Source: an uncultured Clostridium sp. (GTDB lineage Bacteria > Bacillota > Clostridia > TANB77 > CAG-508). Taken from it: a DNA stretch of 32,000 nucleotides. Location of the stretch: the NCBI GenBank assembly GCA_964507565.1, contig CAZDPV010000003.1:27998-59997 (forward strand), written 5' to 3'. Made by a program: the position numbers and the translations under genes. Below the pieces are notes generated by a model. The model made no database searches, was not told the DNA's origin, and saw only the letters and a list, made by a program, of their open reading frames with translations. Shown in pieces: positions 1-7,900 of this stretch. The number at the start of each line of letters is the position of its first letter. Within the stretch, counting starts at the first letter, position 1.

Positions 1-759
1 TACTTGCTTTATAATTATTATATATTCATTCCCTATTGTTAAATCATAATCGTATGATGTTTCATAATCAATATATTTCAATTTATCTTCAGAAGATAAA
101 TTATTTATTCCAAGATTTTTTAATTGTTCTTCACTAGCACTATTTTGTAATTTTGCAATTTGTATTTTACCTCCTGTTAGATATGCCTTTATTTTGCCTG
201 ACAAATTTTTACCATATAAATTGTCTAAAATTTGCATTTCTACTGGAGTATAAGCTCTGTATGGATCCTTAAAATTTTGCTGTTCAGGTATCATTTCAGC
301 ATCATTTACAGATAAGATTTTCACTCTTACTACTGATGATGTTTTGTTTATCAAATTTGATGGAATACTTGGATTTACAGCCCAACTTGCTTCTCCACAT
401 TCTATTTTTTTATATACTTCTTTTGCAACAGTAATACTTGTAGGTACTTCTTCAATGATGTTTTTATCCTCTTCAACAATAACATTATTCGAACTATTTA
501 TTTCTGTATTTGTGTAAATTTCGTCATTGCCATTTGTAAGATTTTCATTATTTGCTTCAGCAATAGCAAGTTCATTTTTAAATTTGTTGTTATTGTTTTT
601 CATAGTAGGAATTGCTACAATTCCTAAAACAATTACTGCACATGATGGCAATAAAGCATATTGCATAGCTTTAAGGTATGATTTTCTTCTATTCTTACTT
701 TTCTTGACATTCTGAATGATTTTTTTGTAGTTTTTGCCTTTGTCAAATTTTTCCTCCAT
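1..759 (-). CDS. Single-pass membrane protein immediately downstream of the ECF sigma gene (putative anti-sigma factor); 3' end outside window
   Basis: Not in the ORF track because it runs off the window. Reverse-strand translation from ATG (complement of 757-759) reads MEEKFDKGKNYKKIIQNVKKSKNRRKSYLKAMQYALLPSCAVIVLGIVAIPTM... and stays open to position 1. It has one hydrophobic helix after a basic N-terminus. It starts 8 nt after the sigma gene stop. Confidence 0.55.
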   Translation of the reverse strand, partial: MEEKFDKGKNYKKIIQNVKKSKNRRKSYLKAMQYALLPSCAVIVLGIVAIPTMKNNNNKFKNELAIAEANNENLTNGNDEIYTNTEINSSNNVIVEEDKNIIEEVPTSITVAKEVYKKIECGEASWAVNPSIPSNLINKTSSVVRVKILSVNDAEMIPEQQNFKDPYRAYTPVEMQILDNLYGKNLSGKIKAYLTGGKIQIAKLQNSASEEQLKNLGINNLSSEDKLKYIDYETSYDYDLTIGNEYIIIIKQV

Positions 760-767
760 TATCAATT

Positions 768-1322
768 TTACTTCTTCACTAAGCACTTTGCATCTTCTCC
801 ATTCTTAAATATATTTTTTAACTCTTTTTGAGTTCTATACAAATGGTTTTTTATATTTGATTCACTAATTTTTAAACCATTTGAGATTTCTTTAATAGAA
901 ACTTCCAAGACATAGAATAAATAAAATATTTTTGAAGTTATTTCTCCCTTGTTTCTAATAAATTTCCATGTCTGTTCGATATTATCTTTTGTAATCAGAT
1001 CTTCCTCTATGTTAAAATTTTTATCTTCAAAACTTTCTATTTCTATATCATTTATGCTTATATTTTTTACTTCTCTATTGATAGTCCCTGAATAATGTCT
1101 TTTAATTTTATTGCTTGCAATTCCAATTACATATGCTTCAACATTATCCAAATCTATGCTTTTTTTCTTAATTATTCTTTCATATAATTCCGTATATATT
1201 TCTTGTATTATATCATTTACATCATCTAAATCTTTACATTGACAAATAGTAAATTTTAACACTTTTTTATATGTGTCATTGTAAAATTTTTCAAATGAAT
1301 TTATTGTAATTTGAGTACTCAT
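768..1322 (-). CDS. ECF-type sigma-70 family RNA polymerase sigma factor
   Basis: 184 aa. Region-2-like segment DDVNDIIQEIYTELYERI and region-4 HTH-like segment VSIKEISNGLKISESNIKNHLYRTQKELK. Followed by a membrane protein in the usual sigma/anti-sigma arrangement. Confidence 0.8.
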   Translation of the reverse strand: MSTQITINSFEKFYNDTYKKVLKFTICQCKDLDDVNDIIQEIYTELYERIIKKKSIDLDNVEAYVIGIASNKIKRHYSGTINREVKNISINDIEIESFEDKNFNIEEDLITKDNIEQTWKFIRNKGEITSKIFYLFYVLEVSIKEISNGLKISESNIKNHLYRTQKELKNIFKNGEDAKCLVKK

Positions 1323-1368
1323 CTTTTACCCCTTTCATTAAGAAGTGTAATTATTTTCAAAAAAAGTT

Positions 1369-1716
1369 TCATTTTTTTTGTTTTTTTACTATTATGTGTT
1401 CAACTATTGGAAAAAATTTGTTATAAATCCAATAATATGGCTTATTATATACTTTATCTATTTCTCCTATAAATCTTATACAGCCTTTTTCTCCACAAAA
1501 TCCTTCTTTAAATCTATATAATCCATTTTCTTTCGTCTTATTAAAAACTCCTCCAAAATCATATTTGTTGCATTTATTGCTAATTGCCCATTCTATCATT
1601 GTTTGTTGCATCAAATAATTAGGCATTAAATTTCTTTTTTCATTAGAACTGGCACTATAAATGATAAAATTAAGTGACGCACTTAGAAATAAAAAAAAGA
1701 CACATAATAAATACAT
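1369..1716 (-). pseudogene. C-terminal fragment of a FemAB-family peptidoglycan interpeptide-bridge transferase
   Basis: Only about 100 aa resemble the FemAB/MurM C-terminus (IIYSASSNEKRNLMPNYLMQQTMIEWAISNKCNKYDFGGV...GLYRFKEGF). Full-length family members are over 300 aa. The N-terminal 17 aa of the ORF are unrelated hydrophobic read-in. Confidence 0.6.
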
Positions 1717-1836
1717 ATGTTATAATGTGATTAACAAGAAAACATTATAAGGAGTAAATATTTTGTGTCCAAAAGAATTATAACATAGAAAACAAACAAA
1801 AGAAAGAGTTTAAATATAAACATTTAAATTTATAAA

Positions 1837-2166
1837 TTGCAATATCTAACTCCGTATGGTTTAAGACATTCTTTTACAACTTTCTTATCTGAAAGAGGAA
1901 TGAGAGATATTGTCTTAATGAAACTTATGGGACACGCAGATTTCTCTACGACACAAAAATATTATATATTTATAACTGATGAAAGAAAGAAACAAGAATA
2001 TGAACAAGCATGGAGAATAGGAAATAATTCAACAGAAAATAATAATAATGATATAGTTGATAGTTCTGAACATGAAAGATTAATGAAAAAATTTGAAGAA
2101 TTACAAAAAATGTGGTTAAAAACTCTTGTTGCATCTACCATATTGCAAAAAAATAATACCCATTAG
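1837..2166 (+). pseudogene. C-terminal fragment of a tyrosine recombinase (phage-type integrase)
   Basis: Retains only the last catalytic motifs (YGLRHSFTTFL...LMGHADFSTTQKYY). The N-terminal SAM-like domain and the first catalytic Arg region are missing. It converges on tRNA-Lys 12 nt downstream. Confidence 0.7.
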
Positions 2167-2178
2167 GTATTATTAAAA

Positions 2179-2254
2179 TGGTGCACCACCGGGGAATCGA
2201 ACCCCGAACCTCCAGATTAAGAGTCTGTTGCTCTGCCAATTGAGCTAGTGGTGC
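2179..2254 (-). tRNA. tRNA-Lys (anticodon CUU)
   Basis: Reverse complement folds as a cloverleaf: GCACCAC/GTGGTGC acceptor stem, GCTC/GAGC D stem, anticodon loop CTCTTAA, CGGGG-TTCGATT-CCCCG T arm, encoded CCA. Confidence 0.9.
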
Positions 2255-2385
2255 TTGTTAAATTTTACAACTAAATAAAGTTGGCGCATTTTACAATTTT
2301 GTATTACAAAACATACATATAAAAAAATGCTAAACTCCTTGATATAATAACAAAAGATAGCAAAAGAGTTTTTTTCAAGTCATAG

Positions 2386-2426
2386 TGATTAAGAGTCAGC
2401 TGCTCTACCAACTGAGCTAGTGATGC
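2386..2426 (-). pseudogene. Orphan 5' half of a tRNA-Lys(CUU) gene
   Basis: Reverse complement GCATCACTAGCTCAGTTGGTAGAGCAGCTGACTCTTAATCA matches tRNA positions 1-41 (acceptor 5' arm, D arm, anticodon stem-loop). The sequence then diverges, with no T arm or 3' acceptor arm. Confidence 0.7.
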
Positions 2427-2557
2427 ATTTGTTGTGTCAATTTTAATTAACTTAATAATCATCAATCTTAACACAAACAATTATACAACTGTTTTGCATA
2501 TCTGTCAATGATTTTAGGACATTTTCCATCTCAAAATTATTGAATTTTACTTTTTAT

Positions 2558-3058
2558 TTACAGTTCTATATTTATATTTTTATTTTGATTTAGTTTTAAC
2601 TTTTTGTATTTTACATTACATTCATCAAATAACTTTCTGGATGCTATGTTGTTTTCCGAATTTGCATATTTATCTGATGAAAATATTACTTCCTTTATTC
2701 CTGATTGAATAATTAATTTTGCACATTCATTGCATGGAAATAGATCTACATATATTTTAGCATTTTCTAAATCTTTTCTGCTTCCTCTATAATTTAAAAT
2801 TGCATTTAACTCTGCATGACATACATATGGATATTTGGTGTTTAGTTCTTCTCCTTCTCTTGCCCATGGAAATTCATCATCATTAAATCCATTTGGTGCT
2901 CCATTGTAACCTATTGATAATATTCTATTGTCGTTTCCTACTATACAAGCTCCAACCTGAGTAGATGGATCTTTACTTCTCATTGCGGATAATTTCGCTA
3001 TTGCCATAAAATATTCGTCCCATGTTATATAATCTTCTCTTTTTTTATTTTTATTCAT
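2558..3058 (-). CDS. comEB: dCMP deaminase (ComEB family)
   Basis: 166 aa with zinc-binding motifs HAELNAI and PCNECAKLI, and a size typical of deoxycytidylate deaminase. Confidence 0.85.
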   Translation of the reverse strand: MNKNKKREDYITWDEYFMAIAKLSAMRSKDPSTQVGACIVGNDNRILSIGYNGAPNGFNDDEFPWAREGEELNTKYPYVCHAELNAILNYRGSRKDLENAKIYVDLFPCNECAKLIIQSGIKEVIFSSDKYANSENNIASRKLFDECNVKYKKLKLNQNKNINIEL

Positions 3059-3088
3059 GCTTTTTCTCCTTTAAATTTTTCATTCATA

Positions 3089-4663
3089 TTATGTGTTTCT
3101 TTTTATTATTGTTGGTAATGCATTATATGTATCTTTTGATATCAAGGTTTTAGATATTATAATTCCATTTTTAAGCAATGTTTTGTAACTTTCACTTGTG
3201 CATCCATCTTCTCCATTTTGCGTAATTATTTTTTTTCCTTTTTCTATTGAATTATCTTCTGTATATTTTGTCTCTTTTTCTATTATATTTGTAACTGCCG
3301 AATCTATTATAACTGTATAATCACCTTCTTGTTTTATTCCCATAATATCAACGGTTACTACTCCATCCCCAACTTTTGATACTATCTTTATTGGATACTT
3401 TCTATTGTTTTTAAATTTTAAATCTACACTACCCCATGATACTGTTGCATCTCTACTTGCCGGAACATACGATGTTAAAAAACAATGATTATGTCTTTCT
3501 GTTATTTCCAAATTTGTTAGCACTGCTGAATTATATAGTGTTGATGATAATTGGCATATCCCTCCACCAACATCTAGTACAATTTTACCTCCTGCGTATG
3601 CTTTTGCTTCTTTGAATCCTGCTTCTATCGTTCTTTGTCCTACTGCTTTGTTGTATGAAAATTCTTCTCCCGGATTTATTATTGTACCGTTTAATTTTTG
3701 TGAAGCTAATACTAAATTATTATTTCTATTTACATTGCTTGCATCATAATTTGTTGTATATGTTGCTAGTTTATTTGCAAATGCATTTTCTCCTAAGTCT
3801 GCAACGGTTGTTCCTGCCTTAGTAATTTTTAATGGAATTTCATATTCTTCTTTATCTTCCTTTAAAATCTCTTTTGCTTTCTCTTCTGTTACTGCTAATT
3901 CTATTCCATTTTCCTCTGCATGAATCTCTAACGGTTCCTTACTTATGTATGCATTTTTCGGTTCCTTTTTTATTTCTGTTGCTATTTTTTTTATATCTAC
4001 TTCTGCGGGTATTGTTTCCTTTGTTGGTATTTCTATTTCATTATTTGTATCTGTTAGATTTCTAATTTTATCTATTATCAGTTTCTTTAATTCATCTTTT
4101 TTTATTTCTACTCCTTTAGTCCCTTTTATTATTATTAGCTTGTTTTCTTCTATATAATAACTGCTTTCTTTTTTGACATCTGGTAGTTTTGATTCTACAT
4201 CATTTATTGTATTTTCTATTGCCTCATCATCTATATCTATATCTAAATTTATGTCTTTTTTGATTATATTTCTTAATAAAATTGAATAATTATTGGTTAT
4301 TATATTTCCTTTCCTTCCAATTGAATATGCTTTTTCTATAGATTTATTTATATTAGAATTAACATTTATTTGATCATATGAAATAGTCGCTTCATATTCT
4401 CCATGTTTAAGTTTTATTTCTGATATTTTTTTTTCTCTATATAGTTTTGTTATTTGTTCATTTGCCTCATTTTCCGTTTTTCCTGATACGTCAATTCCCT
4501 GTATAAATATTTTATTATATATTTTATCATTTCCCATATTTATTAAGCTAAAAACAATTGAAAATCCACAAAGGAATAAAATAATTGATATTATTAGTAT
4601 TATTTTTTTATCATTAGTTAAATGACAAATATTTCTTTCTCTTCTTTTTGGAGATACTTTCAT
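3089..4663 (-). CDS. Membrane-anchored VanW-domain protein with C-terminal G5-like domain
   Basis: N-terminal TM helix (ILIISIILFLCGFSIVFSLI). VanW-like core (GEEFSYNKAVGQRT...GGGICQLSSTLYNSAV...ITERHNH). C-terminal G5-like segment (KYTEDNSIEKGKKIITQNGEDG). Confidence 0.75.
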   Translation of the reverse strand: MKVSPKRRERNICHLTNDKKIILIISIILFLCGFSIVFSLINMGNDKIYNKIFIQGIDVSGKTENEANEQITKLYREKKISEIKLKHGEYEATISYDQINVNSNINKSIEKAYSIGRKGNIITNNYSILLRNIIKKDINLDIDIDDEAIENTINDVESKLPDVKKESSYYIEENKLIIIKGTKGVEIKKDELKKLIIDKIRNLTDTNNEIEIPTKETIPAEVDIKKIATEIKKEPKNAYISKEPLEIHAEENGIELAVTEEKAKEILKEDKEEYEIPLKITKAGTTVADLGENAFANKLATYTTNYDASNVNRNNNLVLASQKLNGTIINPGEEFSYNKAVGQRTIEAGFKEAKAYAGGKIVLDVGGGICQLSSTLYNSAVLTNLEITERHNHCFLTSYVPASRDATVSWGSVDLKFKNNRKYPIKIVSKVGDGVVTVDIMGIKQEGDYTVIIDSAVTNIIEKETKYTEDNSIEKGKKIITQNGEDGCTSESYKTLLKNGIIISKTLISKDTYNALPTIIKRNT

Positions 4664-4794
4664 ATTGAAAATTTCCTTCCTCTTTTATTTATTTGTTTTT
4701 ATTGTTTCTATATTATCATATTGAAACTTATTTTACAATTATACTAGACTTTTTTTATTTATTTTTATATAATATGCACATAAGGAGTGATATT

Positions 4795-5373
4795 ATGATT
4801 GGTAGTATGATTGCAAAAATAAGAAAAGATAAGAATGTTTCTAAAACAGATTTAGCTGGTGTTACTAATATAAATATTGGACATTTAACACATATTGAAA
4901 AAGAGGAAAGAAATCCTAGCCATAAAACATTAAAAGTTATTTGTAATGCTCTTAAAGTTCCTTCTCAGCCTTTGATGTATACTTACGATATAGACTTAAC
5001 TGAAGAACAAACTGGTTATAATGCTGTTAATCACATTATATATGATTCGGTCCCTGTCTTTGATTCTATTATTGGCTTTCAAAAATGTCCTATTGACATT
5101 GGTCCAGCTTCTTTTGTATTGAGAATTCACGATAATTCCATGTCTCCTAAGTTAAAAGAGAATGATTTAGCTTATGTTCAAATAAATGCTCCTCTTAATA
5201 ATAAGGATTTAGGTATATTTGAATATAATGGTTATTTAATAGTTAGAAAATTTATTGTTCGAAAAAAAGATTTGGTACTTAGAGCTGAGGATAATTCCAT
5301 TCCGGATATAATTATTACAAAAGACTCTGATTTTTACATAGTTGGAAAAATCCTCGGAACCGTTGAAAAATAA
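4795..5373 (+). CDS. XRE-family HTH / S24 (LexA-CI-like) peptidase repressor
   Basis: I moved the start to ATG 4795, which has an AAGGAG SD 8 nt upstream; the track ORF starts at 4693 without an SD. N-terminal HTH (SKTDLAGVTNINIGHLTHIEKEERNPS). C-terminal S24 signature (DNSMSP ... IVRKF). Confidence 0.75.
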   Translation: MIGSMIAKIRKDKNVSKTDLAGVTNINIGHLTHIEKEERNPSHKTLKVICNALKVPSQPLMYTYDIDLTEEQTGYNAVNHIIYDSVPVFDSIIGFQKCPIDIGPASFVLRIHDNSMSPKLKENDLAYVQINAPLNNKDLGIFEYNGYLIVRKFIVRKKDLVLRAEDNSIPDIIITKDSDFYIVGKILGTVEK

Positions 5374-5378
5374 GTGAT

Positions 5379-5415
5379 AATTTGTAATATTTTAGAACAA
5401 AATATTACAAATTTT
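5379..5415 (+). terminator. Possible intrinsic terminator (AT-rich 15-bp perfect hairpin)
   Basis: AATTTGTAATATTTT-agaac-AAAATATTACAAATT followed by TT. The stem is almost all A/T, so termination efficiency is uncertain. Confidence 0.3.
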
Positions 5416-5501
5416 ACATTTATAATACATTTTGTTAATTTGCTTGAATTTTTTCAATATTATGTCTATAATATAATAAGTAATAATTATAGGAGAAAAT
5501 T

Positions 5502-5966
5502 ATGGAATTAATTAAGAATATTTTTTTTAATACAGATAAATTGATACAAAATAGCGTTGTTAAAATATCTTATACAGGTAAGTTCTTTCAAGAGAATGCC
5601 AATAAAGTGTTTATTCATTATGGTTTTGGTCCAAATTGGGATGAATTAGCGGAAATTGAAATGAATAAAACAGAACTTGGTTTTCAAGCAGAGATAAAAT
5701 TAACAAATTCTGATTCTTTAAATTTATGTTTTAAAAATGATAATAATGCATGGGATAATAACGATTATAAAAACTATTCATTTAATGTTGAATCTGCACC
5801 TGTGGCTTTAGCAATCGTTCAAGATTCTGCAATTGAGTATCCTAGAAAACTCAGAAAAACATATCTATTGAGCAAGAAAATTAAACTTGCTATATATAAA
5901 ATAATTAAGTATTTTCCAAAACTTGTTTCCGGTAATTACAAAAAGAAACAGTCTTCAGAAAATTAG
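5502..5966 (+). CDS. Hypothetical protein with starch-binding-module-like (CBM25/CBM53-like) signature
   Basis: 154 aa, SD AGGAG upstream. Motif pattern VFIHYGFGPNW...AWDNNDYKNYSF recalls the CBM25/53 'WDNN.G.NY' signature. This is remembered similarity only. Confidence 0.4.
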   Translation: MELIKNIFFNTDKLIQNSVVKISYTGKFFQENANKVFIHYGFGPNWDELAEIEMNKTELGFQAEIKLTNSDSLNLCFKNDNNAWDNNDYKNYSFNVESAPVALAIVQDSAIEYPRKLRKTYLLSKKIKLAIYKIIKYFPKLVSGNYKKKQSSEN

Positions 5967-5990
5967 TTTTGTTCCTTTCTTAAATTTTTC

Positions 5991-6024
5991 AAAAACGTAA
6001 AAGGTTATCTTTTTACGTTTTTTT
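5991..6024 (+). terminator. Rho-independent terminator
   Basis: Stem ACGTAAAAG / CTTTTACGT with a 5-nt loop, followed by T6. Confidence 0.75.
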
Positions 6025-6152
6025 GTTATGTTTATTTTTATGTTTTTTGTATATAATATTATTGTTTATAATTAATTTTTATTGAAAATATGTTGTTTTT
6101 TATTTATTTGATAATTTTTTTGTTGTTTTTGTGAATTTTTAATGAAAACTTA

Positions 6153-6181
6153 TTGACAAAATATATTTATTGTAGTAGAAT
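6153..6181 (+). promoter_or_regulatory. Sigma-A-type promoter of the tRNA operon
   Basis: TTGACA (6153-6158), 17-nt spacer, TAGAAT (6176-6181), about 38 nt upstream of tRNA-Lys. Confidence 0.65.
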
Positions 6182-6219
6182 AGGGGATGTGTTCAACTTA
6201 TACACAATTACTCAGAAAT

Positions 6220-6295
6220 GAGTCATTAGCTCAGTTGGTAGAGCACTTGACTTTTAATCAAGTTGTCCGGGGTTCGATTCCCCGATGGCTCACCA
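6220..6295 (+). tRNA. tRNA-Lys (anticodon UUU)
   Basis: GAGTCAT/ATGGCTC acceptor stem, anticodon arm CTTGA-CTTTTAA-TCAAG, T arm CGGGG-TTCGATT-CCCCG, encoded CCA. Confidence 0.92.
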
Positions 6296-6339
6296 TTATT
6301 TTAGGATTTAAGCAATACTTAAATCCTAAACATTTATCT

Positions 6340-6414
6340 GGCCCCGTGGTCAAGCGGTTAAGACATCGCCCTTTCACGGCGGAGTCATGGGTTCGATTCC
6401 CGTCGGGGTCACCA
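6340..6414 (+). tRNA. tRNA-Glu (anticodon UUC)
   Basis: GGCCCCG... acceptor stem, anticodon arm TCGCC-CTTTCAC-GGCGG, T arm with TTCGATT loop, encoded CCA. Close to the canonical Firmicute tRNA-Glu. Confidence 0.92.
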
Positions 6415-6416
6415 AT

Positions 6417-6492
6417 GCCACTTTAGCTCAGCTGGTAGAGCAACTGATCTGTAATCAGTAGGTCGTCCGTTCAAATCGGACAAGTGGCTCCA
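6417..6492 (+). tRNA. tRNA-Thr (anticodon UGU) with unusual C at position 33
   Basis: GCCACTT/AAGTGGC acceptor stem, anticodon arm ACTGA-TCTGTAA-TCAGT, T arm GTCCG-TTCAAAT-CGGAC, encoded CCA. Begins 2 nt after tRNA-Glu. Confidence 0.85.
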
Positions 6493-6586
6493 TTATTAAA
6501 GGTCGATGATTTTAGTTTAGCTATTGTTATTGGCTTTTATTTTTTTGTAAATTTTACATGATTATAAAAATTAAGGAGGTTTTATT

Positions 6587-7312
6587 TTGAATAATTTAAA
6601 GGTCGCAATTGTTACTGGTGGATCCCGTGGAATAGGAGCTTCTATAGTAAAAAAATTGGCTTCAAATAATTTTATTGTTATTTTAAATTATAATAAGTCA
6701 AAAAAATCTGCTGAAGAAATTGCAAAATCAAGTCCTAATGTTTATACTTTTAAAGCTGATGTTTCTAATTCTACTGAATGTGATTCTCTTATTAACTACA
6801 CTATTGATAAATTTGGTTCTATTGATTTATTAGTAAACAATGCTGGAGTTGATTTGATTAAAACAGTAGATGACATTTCCGATTCTGAATTTGATCATAT
6901 AATGAAAACAAATATATATTCTGCATTTTACTTGTCTAGAGCTGTTTCAAAAATTATGATAACGCAAAAAGAAGGTTCAATAATAAATATTTCTTCTATT
7001 TGGGGATTAGTTGGAGCTTCTTGTGAATCCGCTTATTCCATATCTAAAGCTGGTCTGGATGCTTTAACAAAATCTTTAGCAAAGGAACTCGGACCTTCTA
7101 ATATTAGAGTAAATAGTATCGCTCCTGGTATTATAGATACTTCAATGAATTCTTTTCTATCTGAAGAAGATAAAAATGAAATTATTTCAGATATTCCACT
7201 TATGAGAATTGGAAATGTTGATGATGTTTCTGATTGCGTTTTATTTTTAGCAAATAGTTCTTATATTTCTGGTCAGGTTTTAAAGGTTGATGGTGGCTGG
7301 AACATAATTTAA
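6587..7312 (+). CDS. Short-chain dehydrogenase/reductase (FabG-like 3-oxoacyl reductase family)
   Basis: TTG start with AGGAGG SD. TGGSRGIG cofactor motif, NNAG, and catalytic YSISK. Confidence 0.85.
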   Translation: MNNLKVAIVTGGSRGIGASIVKKLASNNFIVILNYNKSKKSAEEIAKSSPNVYTFKADVSNSTECDSLINYTIDKFGSIDLLVNNAGVDLIKTVDDISDSEFDHIMKTNIYSAFYLSRAVSKIMITQKEGSIINISSIWGLVGASCESAYSISKAGLDALTKSLAKELGPSNIRVNSIAPGIIDTSMNSFLSEEDKNEIISDIPLMRIGNVDDVSDCVLFLANSSYISGQVLKVDGGWNII

Positions 7313-7342
7313 AAAAGTTGGAGATACTTCTCCAACTTTTTT
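7311..7342. terminator. Bidirectional intrinsic terminator between the convergent SDR and DUF1858 genes
   Basis: AAAAAAGTTGGAGA-tact-TCTCCAACTTTTTT, a perfect 14-bp stem with A/T runs on both sides. Confidence 0.8.
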
Positions 7343-7526
7343 ATTTATTTAAAGCTTCTACTACTTCATTTACATCTATTCCATGTACCATGCAGGCTTC
7401 TTCAAGTGTTTCTGCTTGTGATGCTGGGCAACCAATACAATGCATTCCTGCATCAAGTAATATATCAACTTTTTCTGGTGCAACTTCTATTATCTCACCA
7501 ATTTTTGTATCTTTATTAAATTTCAT
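7341..7526 (-). CDS. DUF1858 / hybrid-cluster-protein-associated redox disulfide domain protein
   Basis: 61 aa with the characteristic MHCIGCP motif and a size typical of this small family. Confidence 0.7.
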   Translation of the reverse strand: MKFNKDTKIGEIIEVAPEKVDILLDAGMHCIGCPASQAETLEEACMVHGIDVNEVVEALNK

Positions 7527-7659
7527 TTCTTCCTCCTTTTATATTTAATTTCATCCCTATAATATTTTACTTTCATAAGAATTTTTTAAATGTTTAACCT
7601 TATTATTTCTTAGATTTTGCATTTATATAAATATTTTAGCATATTTTTTTAAAAAAGTA

Positions 7660-7688
7660 TAGACAAATTTAAAATTATGTTATATAAT
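7660..7688 (+). promoter_or_regulatory. Sigma-A-type promoter of the virD4-like operon
   Basis: TAGACA (7660-7665), 17-nt spacer, TATAAT (7683-7688), with a TG dinucleotide just upstream. Confidence 0.5.
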
Positions 7689-7900
7689 GCCAAATATTGG
7701 AAGAGGTGATTTTTATTTTTACTCTTTTAGACTTATTTTTTATTGTTTTAATTTTAAATCTTTTAATTTCCCTATATTATATTTATTTTTTAATTAACAA
7801 TATATTTTTTCATAATTTACAAGGTTCTAAATTAAAACTAAAATTAAAAAAGGAGGTGTCTTAGTTAAAATTAAAGATTATTTTAGTATGTACTTTTACT

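Larger units (their letters stand above)
1369..2426. mobile_element. Remnant of a tRNA-Lys-associated integrative element (extent to the left unknown)
   Basis: Truncated integrase next to an intact tRNA-Lys(CUU), a truncated fem gene on the other side of a ~120-bp junction, and an orphan 5' half of a second tRNA-Lys(CUU) 130 bp beyond the intact tRNA. Confidence 0.4.

Noticed and set aside
527-715. 62-aa + strand ORF (also 3832..4157 and 7318..7548)
   Set aside because: They are antisense to better-supported genes (the anti-sigma-like, VanW and DUF1858 genes). No SD or motifs are present.
4795-5373. Calling the XRE-S24 protein the canonical SOS repressor LexA
   Set aside because: The N-terminal domain is an XRE-type HTH rather than the LexA winged helix, and no Cheo box is visible upstream.
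6187-6426. 79-aa ORF across the tRNA cluster
   Set aside because: It is fully explained by three well-folding tRNA genes (Lys, Glu, Thr).
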